This document shows, piece by piece, positions 43,263-51,420 of a DNA stretch of 64,000 nucleotides (its first letter is position 1; each line of letters starts with the position of its first letter). The translations under genes and the position numbers were made by a program. The DNA comes from an uncultured Eubacteriales bacterium (GTDB lineage Bacteria; Bacillota; Clostridia; Oscillospirales; Acutalibacteraceae): assembly GCA_934456435.1 (NCBI GenBank), contig CAKSHH010000005.1:62756-126755 (forward strand), in the 5' to 3' direction. Under the pieces are notes generated by a model. That model saw only the letters and a program-made list of their open reading frames with translations. It did not search any database and was not told the origin of the DNA.

Positions 43263-44784
43263 CTTCATTTTCCTCCATTGATTTCTTTTCGTTTTCCGCC
43301 GCAATTGCCGCGTCGATATCCCACACGTCTTCAAGCTCAACATGGTCAATATCAAAGCTGACTGTGACGGTTGTTCCCTGTCCGAGAACGCTGTCTATGT
43401 CAAATGTTCCGTGGTGAAGCTTAACGATCTCGTCAACAACGGCAAGACCGATGCCCGACCCGTGAACTGTCATATTCGTCTTGTAGAACTTCTCCTTAAC
43501 GTGCGGCAAATCCTCTGCGGAAATTCCGCAGCCCGTGTCGGAAAAGCGTATTGTAATTTTGTCGTCCTTAACCTCGGCAACGGTGACGATTTTGCCGCCC
43601 TGCTTGGTGTATTTCAGCGCATTATCGAGAATGTTTACAAATACCTGCTTGATTCTGTCGGGATCACCGTCCATCGGCGCCGGTAGGTTCGGAGCATTGT
43701 AAACAAGGTCAATACCCTCGCGCATTGCTCTGTCCTTGAATGCGAAAACAGTTTCGTCGAGCTCAGCAAGAATGTCCATCTTCTCGTTTTTGAGAACCAT
43801 TCTTCCGCTCTGCATTCTTGAAAAGTCAAGCAGTTCCTCAACTATTCCGTTAAGCCGCGAGGATTCGCTGATAATGACATTCATTCCGCGTTTGGTAAGC
43901 GCAGGGTCCGTGTCACCTATCTGTAAAAGCGTTTCGCCCCAGCCCTTTATCGCCGTCAGCGGCGTTCTCAGCTCGTGAGAAACCGTTGAAATGAAGTCAT
44001 TTTTTATCTTGTCGGAGGTCTTGATTTTCTCCGCCATATCATTTATCGTACTGCAAAGCTGACCGACCTCGTCCTTGTAAAGATAATGGTCTATACGCGC
44101 GTCATAATTGCCGTTTGCAATCATTTTTGCCGTATCGCAGACCTCCTGAATCGGTTTGACGATGGAGCTTATGAAAACCATTCCGGAAATGACAAGCAGG
44201 ACAACAAGAAGCAAAAACGCAAGTAAAATTATGAGATACCATGTAGTAATCTGATTGTCAACTTCCTCAAGGGAAATCATATATCTGACTGAACCGACCT
44301 GTTGATTCTCGGAGTTTGTTATAATTTTGGTCAGCGCAATAATGTTTTCGTCCGAGGCATTGGCTCCGTGCCAAACAGCGGATTTTGTCTGACTTTCAAT
44401 AGCGGCTTCGTATTCTGGAATTTTTGCTTTTTCGTTGACGGGGAAACCGCTTGAAGAAATCAGCACATTACCGTATCGGTCAAGTATCCAAACCTCAACG
44501 GAAGATTTGTCGGCAAAGTCGCCGATATATTCCCTTGCGCCCTTTTCAAAAACTGCCTCATCGGTTGAAGCGTAGTTTTCAAAGTATACGTCAACAATTC
44601 CGTTTGCATAGGATTCAATTTTTCTTTCGGCAGTTGCATAATAGTATGAATGGATCAGGTATGACGCAATGATGCAGATTATAAGCAGAACAGCGGCAAT
44701 TATAGTTGTCGTCTGAATAAGCCAGCGGCGTGTAAGACCGCCCTTAAAGTTTTCTTTTTTTGCTTCTGCAGCCACCTGCGTCAC
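43255..44784 (-). CDS. Sensor histidine kinase (WalK/VicK/PhoR-like HisKA class)
   Basis: TM1, about 150-aa extracytoplasmic domain, TM2, HAMP, then directly the H-box STVSHELRTPLTAIKGW. N/G boxes NALKYT and GSGIGLAVV. Confidence 0.9.
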   Translation of the reverse strand: MTQVAAEAKKENFKGGLTRRWLIQTTTIIAAVLLIICIIASYLIHSYYYATAERKIESYANGIVDVYFENYASTDEAVFEKGAREYIGDFADKSSVEVWILDRYGNVLISSSGFPVNEKAKIPEYEAAIESQTKSAVWHGANASDENIIALTKIITNSENQQVGSVRYMISLEEVDNQITTWYLIILLAFLLLVVLLVISGMVFISSIVKPIQEVCDTAKMIANGNYDARIDHYLYKDEVGQLCSTINDMAEKIKTSDKIKNDFISTVSHELRTPLTAIKGWGETLLQIGDTDPALTKRGMNVIISESSRLNGIVEELLDFSRMQSGRMVLKNEKMDILAELDETVFAFKDRAMREGIDLVYNAPNLPAPMDGDPDRIKQVFVNILDNALKYTKQGGKIVTVAEVKDDKITIRFSDTGCGISAEDLPHVKEKFYKTNMTVHGSGIGLAVVDEIVKLHHGTFDIDSVLGQGTTVTVSFDIDHVELEDVWDIDAAIAAENEKKSMEENEDA

Positions 44785-44814
44785 CTCCCGATTTATAATT
44801 TAAAAATTGTTACT

Positions 44815-45522
44815 TCAGATCCAAACATATCCGAAGCCCCATCTTGTGAGGAGATGCTTCGGGTTAGACGGATCAGGTTCAATTTTCTTTCTTATGCGGC
44901 GCACATTAACGTCGACAATTTTTTCTTCGCCGTAATACTCCGTACCCCAAACGTGGTTGAGAATATCCGTTCTGCTGAGATTGGTTCCCTGGTTGCGGAA
45001 GAAATATTCAAGTATCTGGAACTCAACCTGTGTAACGTCAATCTTGCGTCCCTGATATGTAAGCGTTCTGCTCTTGCAGTCAAGCTTAAAATCACCCGAT
45101 GTAATTGTATTTTCATCGTCCTCATCGGGAGTATCTTTCTGGTTTGAAGTGACTCTTCGTGCAAGCGCGTCAACTCTTGCGGTAAACTCGGACGGAGAAA
45201 ACGGCTTTGTAACATAGTCGTCGGCTCCGAGCAAAAGACCGTTTACCTTGTCCATTTCCTGAGTTTTTGCCGTAAGCATCATAATTCCGATGTTATTGCT
45301 CATCGCACGCAGCTTTTTGCACAGCTCAAGTCCGTCCATTCTCGGCATCATAATGTCAAGAACAGCTATTGCGATTCCGTCGGAATTAAGCTTGTACTTT
45401 TCATAAGCGTCAAGTCCGTCGAATGCCTCGATTACATCATAGCCTGCACGCTTGAGATTGATTACAATAAATTCTCTGATTGACTCTTCGTCCTCGGCGA
45501 CAAGTATTTTTACAGGTTTCAT
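44815..45522 (-). CDS. OmpR/PhoB-family response regulator
   Basis: ILVAEDEESI, LDIMMPRMDG and a winged-helix C-terminus LLTRWGFGYVW. Confidence 0.92.
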   Translation of the reverse strand: MKPVKILVAEDEESIREFIVINLKRAGYDVIEAFDGLDAYEKYKLNSDGIAIAVLDIMMPRMDGLELCKKLRAMSNNIGIMMLTAKTQEMDKVNGLLLGADDYVTKPFSPSEFTARVDALARRVTSNQKDTPDEDDENTITSGDFKLDCKSRTLTYQGRKIDVTQVEFQILEYFFRNQGTNLSRTDILNHVWGTEYYGEEKIVDVNVRRIRKKIEPDPSNPKHLLTRWGFGYVWI

Positions 45523-46931
45523 TTTTTTCCTCCTAAAGCTGTCGTATTAAAGTTTTCTTTCAATGTTTCGTCCTTGATTCCGAAATCATAGCCTGCTTCG
45601 GAAATTGTGTATACATAAACCGTGCTTGCGTAGGAAGTGAGCAGCTTCGTGTCCATGTGCTTTGCCTTAGCCTGCTCATCGTTTTTGTCATAATAACTTA
45701 TGCTGAACAGCAGATCTCCGACTTTCTGCTCTCCGTTCTCCCAGCGGTAGTAGTCCCATTGACCGTCGTTTCCGAGAACCGTGAGCCTGCCTACCCAGCT
45801 GCTCGGAATTGTAAGAATGTAACCTGATTTTTCGTCGATTACCGAATACTTCACGGAACGCAGTTTGTCATCACGGAACTTTACCCATTTGGTGTAATAC
45901 AAGCTTTTTGACGGTACATTATCGGTGCCGTCTGCGGAATTTGCCGCCGCTGTCGCAGCAAGAAGCACGTTATCATTATCGACGACCGAGGAACCCGGCA
46001 TCTCCACACTGACGGGGATTTCAAGGAATCCGTCCGAATCAATGTCCTGAGTGGCAAGCTTGGTATGTCTAAGGGTAAGTATCGTGGACTGAGTTGCAAA
46101 ATCAAACAGCGGAGCAACAAGTGAGTTTGTGCTGTCATCCCAATAAATAACCTCGGTTATCATATCGCTGTCGCCCTTGTAAGCGTCAACATAAATCAAT
46201 CTGATATCATCAATTTTTTCTGTATTGACTGCCGAATATGAGGAGATATTACCGTCTGTTTTTACGGAGCTAAGCGTTTGCATCGCCTTGGTCTTGGCGT
46301 CATAGTTATAAACAGTCGCACAGGCTGTCAGATGGTCTGCAACGGTTGAATCAACGCTCATTGCAAATATATCTTCTATTCCGTCGCCGTTGACGTCAAA
46401 GACGGTCATATACGAATACGGGAAAGATGACATCAGCTCAAAGTTTTCGTTAGAAATATTGTAAACGGCAAAAATCTTGTTTGTCTTGCTTGAATACAAT
46501 GTCCAGCCGATTATGATTTCCGACTTTCCGTCGTGGTCAAGATCGGCAAGCTTGACCTCATCAACAGAACTGCCGAGTCCGTCAAACGATCCGACGGCGT
46601 GCCAGTCATTATTTTTATATTCAAAATAAAAAACTTTCACAAGGTCGGGATTTTTCTTTTCTGTGTAAAAAACAATAGCTTCCTCGTCACCGTCATTATC
46701 GAAATCGTATGTAGTGAAAGCCGAGCGAAAAGCGCCGTTTTCCGGTGCAATAAGGCTGTATTCCTTGTCGACTGATTTTTCAAAGGAATCCTGCAAGCCC
46801 TGATATTTTCCGGAAAGCTTGGGCGGTCTCAGGAGGTTGTCAAACGAAGAAAAACGGAAAGAACAGCCGCTTAAAGAAACGATGAGCGAAACAGCGAGCA
46901 GCAGAGAAACAAATATTTTCAGCTTTTTCAT
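45519..46931 (-). CDS. Lipoprotein with four DxDxDG (FG-GAP/VCBS-like) motifs, first gene of the two-component operon
   Basis: Lipobox LSGCSF. Motifs: TYDFDNDGDEEAIVF, LADLDHDGKSEIIIG, VFDVNGDGIEDIFA, TQDIDSDGFLEIPV. 4-nt overlap with the response-regulator start. Confidence 0.6.
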   Translation of the reverse strand: MKKLKIFVSLLLAVSLIVSLSGCSFRFSSFDNLLRPPKLSGKYQGLQDSFEKSVDKEYSLIAPENGAFRSAFTTYDFDNDGDEEAIVFYTEKKNPDLVKVFYFEYKNNDWHAVGSFDGLGSSVDEVKLADLDHDGKSEIIIGWTLYSSKTNKIFAVYNISNENFELMSSFPYSYMTVFDVNGDGIEDIFAMSVDSTVADHLTACATVYNYDAKTKAMQTLSSVKTDGNISSYSAVNTEKIDDIRLIYVDAYKGDSDMITEVIYWDDSTNSLVAPLFDFATQSTILTLRHTKLATQDIDSDGFLEIPVSVEMPGSSVVDNDNVLLAATAAANSADGTDNVPSKSLYYTKWVKFRDDKLRSVKYSVIDEKSGYILTIPSSWVGRLTVLGNDGQWDYYRWENGEQKVGDLLFSISYYDKNDEQAKAKHMDTKLLTSYASTVYVYTISEAGYDFGIKDETLKENFNTTALGGKK

Positions 46932-46994
46932 ATTGACCCTCCTTTCGTGACAAATGACATTAAGCCATTAAAACTCCCATTTTGATTTCTGATT

Positions 46995-47024
46995 ATTATA
47001 ACACACTTATACAGTCTTTTACAA
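46995..47024 (-). promoter_or_regulatory. Putative promoter of the lipoprotein-RR-HK operon
   Basis: Minus strand reads TTGTAA (47024->47019), 18 nt ending TGt, TATAAT (47000->46995). Confidence 0.5.
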
Positions 47025-47051
47025 TATAATTTAAATAAAATTCTCAAAATT

Positions 47052-47086
47052 TTAACAAAAATACCGACGGAATGAACCGTCGGTAT
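47052..47086 (-). terminator. Intrinsic terminator after cdaR
   Basis: Perfect 10-bp arms ATACCGACGG (47061-47070) / CCGTCGGTAT (47077-47086), 6-nt loop. On the minus strand it is followed by TTTTGTTAAAA. Confidence 0.8.
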
Positions 47087-47090
47087 AAAT

Positions 47091-48377
47091 TTAATTTGTA
47101 ATTGTAATATTATACGTTCCGCAGACCCAGCATTTGCCCGAATTTCTGAGCGTAACGGCGGCAGGAACAGTATTTTCTCCCTCAGTAAGCGTAACTCCCG
47201 AAAGATTGACATTTACGGAAATCATACTGCTGTTTATCTGAGCGAGATCGGTTGTTTTTCCGACAACAACAATCTTGCCGAGCGAATCAGCGTCAACATT
47301 TTTAGCAGTAATCTTATCAGAACCGGTGACGCTTATCTGCGAGCTTCCGACCGTAAACGATGAATAGGAAAGTGAATCCGTATCAAGCTCAACCGTAAAT
47401 GTTGTTGTTCCGTCAAGCATTTTCGCGTTTTTAATATCGGAAGCATTGAATGTGAAAGTTTTTCTTGACGGAATAATGTCTTTAAAATCAATCGAGCCGA
47501 CTTCAAAGGACTTGGAGTCCGTTCCGCCGTTCTGGAGCACCGCAACACGGACAATGGACGGAGAACAGGTGTAGCTCAACGGTTTTGAAACATAATCCGA
47601 CGGTGCATCCGTAAAGGAAACCGAGGTCGGCAATGTGCGAATCCTGTAAACGGGAAGCGTTATGGGAATCTTCAGCGAGCTGTCGCCGTTGATCGTGACA
47701 TATTTCGTTTCCATATCGTTGCCGTTGCTGAGAACAACACTCGAATCAACGGTCACACTCTCCGTCAAGGCCTTATTTATTTCAATATCGGCATAAGCCG
47801 CTTTAACGGCATTAACCTCGGTCTGTGCTCCGCTGACCTTGACCGTCTTGGTGTTGTAAATAATGTCCTCTTTATCGAACATATAGTCGTCATCGGTATA
47901 GTCGTCGAGATCCGAAATAATCCTCGGAGTTACGGTGACCTCTTTCTCGGCATATTTGTCAAAATAAACCTCAATGTAATCCGCCGATTTTGAAATAATC
48001 TCATAGTCCGCATTTGCGTCCTTTGCGGTTACCTTGACCTGGAGATTGTGATTTCCTGCGGCATCGACATAGGCTGTCTGTGCCGTCGCTTCAAAGTCGT
48101 CAGCTGTCAGCAGATCGCCGCCGACAACATATCTGTTACCTTTAACGGTGATATTGATTGTGTACTCGCTCTGACCGAAAATTTGAAGTCCGAGCTTATC
48201 GGGGACGCTGTTTTCCATATCAATCTTGACAGGAATGTTGTCGATTTCATTTTCAACAACAGGCGCATATTCAAGCGCAACAACTATCCAAAAAATAAAA
48301 GCGACAACAATTGAAAAAACAACAAGAAATTTTGTGTTTGAAAAAAGCTGTCTGAGGTTCAGTCTTTTCTTGTTCAT
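47091..48377 (-). CDS. cdaR: YbbR-domain protein CdaR (regulator of diadenylate cyclase CdaA)
   Basis: N-terminal anchor NTKFLVVFSIVVAFIFWIV followed by repeated beta-rich YbbR-like modules. 4-nt overlap with cdaA. Confidence 0.8.
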   Translation of the reverse strand: MNKKRLNLRQLFSNTKFLVVFSIVVAFIFWIVVALEYAPVVENEIDNIPVKIDMENSVPDKLGLQIFGQSEYTINITVKGNRYVVGGDLLTADDFEATAQTAYVDAAGNHNLQVKVTAKDANADYEIISKSADYIEVYFDKYAEKEVTVTPRIISDLDDYTDDDYMFDKEDIIYNTKTVKVSGAQTEVNAVKAAYADIEINKALTESVTVDSSVVLSNGNDMETKYVTINGDSSLKIPITLPVYRIRTLPTSVSFTDAPSDYVSKPLSYTCSPSIVRVAVLQNGGTDSKSFEVGSIDFKDIIPSRKTFTFNASDIKNAKMLDGTTTFTVELDTDSLSYSSFTVGSSQISVTGSDKITAKNVDADSLGKIVVVGKTTDLAQINSSMISVNVNLSGVTLTEGENTVPAAVTLRNSGKCWVCGTYNITITN

Positions 48378-49270
48378 TTCTTAAACCTCTCCTTTATCTT
48401 ATCAAGAACTACGGAGAAAAATGAATTTTTCGCCTTGTCCGATGTGTCCGGCAGGATATACTCCATCATTCTTTCAATCAAAACACCGTCGGAAATATCG
48501 CGCTCAAGCTCTCCTCCGCACGCAATGGATATCTTTCCGGTCTCTTCGGAAACAACAACAGCTACCGCATCGCTCTTTTCGCTGATACCGAGCGAGGCTC
48601 TGTGACGGGTTCCGAGTTCGCTGCTGAGAAGATTGTTTTCCGTCAGAGGAAGAATACAGCCGGCAGCTTTAACTCTTCCGTCCCTTATAACAACTCCGCC
48701 GTCATGGAGTGCGGAATTCGGGAAAAACAACGCGTTTATAAGCTCGCGTGAAACCTTAGCATCAACAACCGTTCCCGTGTTAATTATGTCGCCGAGCATG
48801 GTGTTTCTTTCAAAGATGATAAGCGCACCGATTTTCTTGTCGCTCATATCGCGGCAAGCCTTGCATATTTCGAGCACCGCTCTTTTCTTTCTCTCATAAA
48901 GTGCGTCGCCCTGCTGAGCCCCGAAGAAATTGAGAAAAGCAAAACGGCTTCTGCCCATTGTTTCGAGTGCATGACGAATTTCAGGTGTGAAAAGAATAAT
49001 CAGCACAAGAATGAAATCTCTCAGAATCGTCTTGAAAAGATAGGTGCTTGCCTGCATATTAAGCAGGTTTATCACAAAATAAATCAACGCGACTATGACA
49101 AGACCCTTGACAATCTGAATACCTCTTGTTTCCCTGAGCATTTTTATTGCGCTGAAAATCAGGAAAGCGACAAAAGCAATGTCAAGCGTATCGGTTATTA
49201 TATTGTAAGAAGAAAACAACGCAAGCAGACGTTCCCACAGAACGCTGATATTATCCAGTAAACCGTTCAT
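48374..49270 (-). CDS. cdaA: Diadenylate cyclase CdaA (c-di-AMP synthase)
   Basis: Three N-terminal TM helices and a DAC domain with GALIIFER, LHDGGVVIRDG and GTRHRASLG. Confidence 0.92.
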   Translation of the reverse strand: MNGLLDNISVLWERLLALFSSYNIITDTLDIAFVAFLIFSAIKMLRETRGIQIVKGLVIVALIYFVINLLNMQASTYLFKTILRDFILVLIILFTPEIRHALETMGRSRFAFLNFFGAQQGDALYERKKRAVLEICKACRDMSDKKIGALIIFERNTMLGDIINTGTVVDAKVSRELINALFFPNSALHDGGVVIRDGRVKAAGCILPLTENNLLSSELGTRHRASLGISEKSDAVAVVVSEETGKISIACGGELERDISDGVLIERMMEYILPDTSDKAKNSFFSVVLDKIKERFKK

Positions 49271-49307
49271 TTCTTTACTCCGTTTTAATTAGATTTAAAT
49301 AATTATA

Positions 49308-49790
49308 TCACAGCTTTTCGACATTATCAATAAGGCAAACGCAATGAGCGGAAATTCCTTCTCCCCTGCCTGTGAAGCCCATTTCCTCCTCGGTAGTCGC
49401 TTTAACGCTTACGCTGTCCGTATCCAAAGAGAGCGCAGCAGCGATATTCATTCTCATTTCGGGAATATACGGCTTCATCTTCGGCTTCTGAGCAATAATT
49501 GTCGCGTCGACATTGATTACTCTGTAACCGTTTTCGCGCAGTCTTTCATAAACCTTTCTCAAAAGGACAAGACTGTCGGCGTCGAGAAATTCGGGATCAT
49601 TATCGGGAAACATTCCGCCGATATCACCCAGAGCCGCCGCACCGAGAAGCGAATCGCTGACAGCGTGAAGAAGCACATCGGCATCGGAATGACCGAGAAG
49701 TCCCTTTTCATAGTCAATTTTAACTCCGCCGACAATTAAATCGCGGTTTTCAACAAGCCTGTGAACATCATATCCATGTCCGATTCTCAT
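49308..49790 (-). CDS. ispF: 2-C-methyl-D-erythritol 2,4-cyclodiphosphate synthase
   Basis: [12 protein letters not shown] ... [12 protein letters not shown] ... GDIG. Confidence 0.95.
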   Translation of the reverse strand: MRIGHGYDVHRLVENRDLIVGGVKIDYEKGLLGHSDADVLLHAVSDSLLGAAALGDIGGMFPDNDPEFLDADSLVLLRKVYERLRENGYRVINVDATIIAQKPKMKPYIPEMRMNIAAALSLDTDSVSVKATTEEEMGFTGRGEGISAHCVCLIDNVEKL

Positions 49791-50377
49791 TTTATAGCCT
49801 CCCCGACTGCGTTTTTGTATTCATCATAAGTCATAAATAAATTAAATATATCAAGCATAGCTTTCGTTGACATTCTTTCCGGCAGGTCAAGATAGCAAAG
49901 CAGTTTTTTTCTTTTGGATTTGCTGTCCGCCGCACCTGTAAGTCCGTCGTCATAGAAATCATTTAACGTAATTGTCTTTTTTTCTTTATTTTCAGACGTC
50001 GCAACACCTATTCCCGCACGTTTGAAAGCATCGGCAATAACCTCGACCGACATGCCCTCAACGCCGAGTTTACCCTCCTTTGAGGGTTGTTCCTTTCGTT
50101 TTTCCTTGCCGTAGATGTCAGGAATATAGACGTTTGTAATGTATTCCGTAGGAACGATCGAAGTTATAAACGACCTGATAACAAATCCTGCCGAATCGCT
50201 GTCGGTCAATATAACTATTCCCTTTTCGGCGGCAAGTCTGCGAATAAGCTTCTGCTTTTCCTTGTTTTTAAAGATGCCGAAGCCCTCTGTTTCTATAATA
50301 ACACCGTCAATTACCGAGGAAAGCTTAATTTTGTCGTATCTTCCCTCGACTATAACGACCTGATCGACCTTTATCAT
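49787..50377 (-). CDS. rnmV: Ribonuclease M5 (Toprim domain)
   Basis: [13 protein letters not shown] and TDSDSAG Toprim motifs; 196 aa. Confidence 0.8.
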   Translation of the reverse strand: MIKVDQVVIVEGRYDKIKLSSVIDGVIIETEGFGIFKNKEKQKLIRRLAAEKGIVILTDSDSAGFVIRSFITSIVPTEYITNVYIPDIYGKEKRKEQPSKEGKLGVEGMSVEVIADAFKRAGIGVATSENKEKKTITLNDFYDDGLTGAADSKSKRKKLLCYLDLPERMSTKAMLDIFNLFMTYDEYKNAVGEAIK

Positions 50378-51420
50378 ACCTTTTCTCCGTTTGCCGCAAG
50401 CAACAGCTTTGTAATCGTCTGTTCCAACACAAGTCTGCCGCTTGTTGAACTGCTTTTGAGCAAGGTGTCGGCTTCATCAAGAATATCAAGGAAACGTCTG
50501 ACTTGTTCGACGGAATATTTTGATGCCGCCCTTGCACCGTTTGTCAAACGGAACTCCTTGTTTTTGTAGTTGAAATCCCTTGCCGCATCCTCTGCCCTGA
50601 GTCCTCCGCTGACATAAACCTTCGCGCGGTACATATCAACGTAAGGCGTTATCAGCGCGCCGAGTATGTTCACAGGCTCTTCTTTCATCGAAACGAGAGT
50701 ATCAAGGATATCCATTGCAAGGTCACAGTTTCCTGCCGTCAAAGCCTTTGCAAGATCAAATACCCTCGCCTGAACATTTTTCACGACAACGGCGTCGATG
50801 TGCTCACGGTGAATTTCGCCATCTTTTTTGTAGGCACAAATTTTATCAAGCTCATTTATAATTACGGTCATATCGTCTCCGATGAGATTAAGAAGATATC
50901 TCGCATCGGACGGAGAAATCGTGCAGTTTCTTGACTGTGCGCCTTTCTCAACAAGCTTGATAAGCTGATTAAGTCCTGCGTGCTCAAAAGCAACAGAACA
51001 GCCGTATTCGTCAATTTTCGCAAGAATTTTTTTGCCCTTGGCGCTCTTCATATTTACATCGACACTTGAATTTGAAATCAATATAACCGTTGTATCGGGT
51101 ATATCGGAAATCAGTTTCAGAAATCCTCCGGACATTTCCGCATTGAGATTGTCCGAGGCAAGGTCTTTTATAACAATAAGCGTTCTTTCGCTCATCATCG
51201 GCAAGGCTTCCGCCGCCTGTGAGACCTCGTCAAAATCAATATTCTTTGCGTCGTAAACGTGCAGATTAAAATCCGCGAAGGCAGGGTCAACCGCCTTTTT
51301 TATAATCAGGGAGGTGTAATGTCGGATAAGATACTTTTCCTCGCCGTAAAGGAAGTACAGGTGCGCAAAGTCGTTCGCGCTGATTTGTTTTTTCAGTTCG
51401 ATTTCTGTTATCGACGGCAT
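50374..51420 (-). CDS. holA: DNA polymerase III delta subunit
   Basis: 348 aa. The LYFLYGEEKYLI N-terminus is typical of HolA. It lies directly downstream of comEC as in B. subtilis (comEC-yqeN/holA). TAATG 1-nt overlap with the comEC stop. Confidence 0.8.
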   Translation of the reverse strand: MPSITEIELKKQISANDFAHLYFLYGEEKYLIRHYTSLIIKKAVDPAFADFNLHVYDAKNIDFDEVSQAAEALPMMSERTLIVIKDLASDNLNAEMSGGFLKLISDIPDTTVILISNSSVDVNMKSAKGKKILAKIDEYGCSVAFEHAGLNQLIKLVEKGAQSRNCTISPSDARYLLNLIGDDMTVIINELDKICAYKKDGEIHREHIDAVVVKNVQARVFDLAKALTAGNCDLAMDILDTLVSMKEEPVNILGALITPYVDMYRAKVYVSGGLRAEDAARDFNYKNKEFRLTNGARAASKYSVEQVRRFLDILDEADTLLKSSSTSGRLVLEQTITKLLLAANGEKV

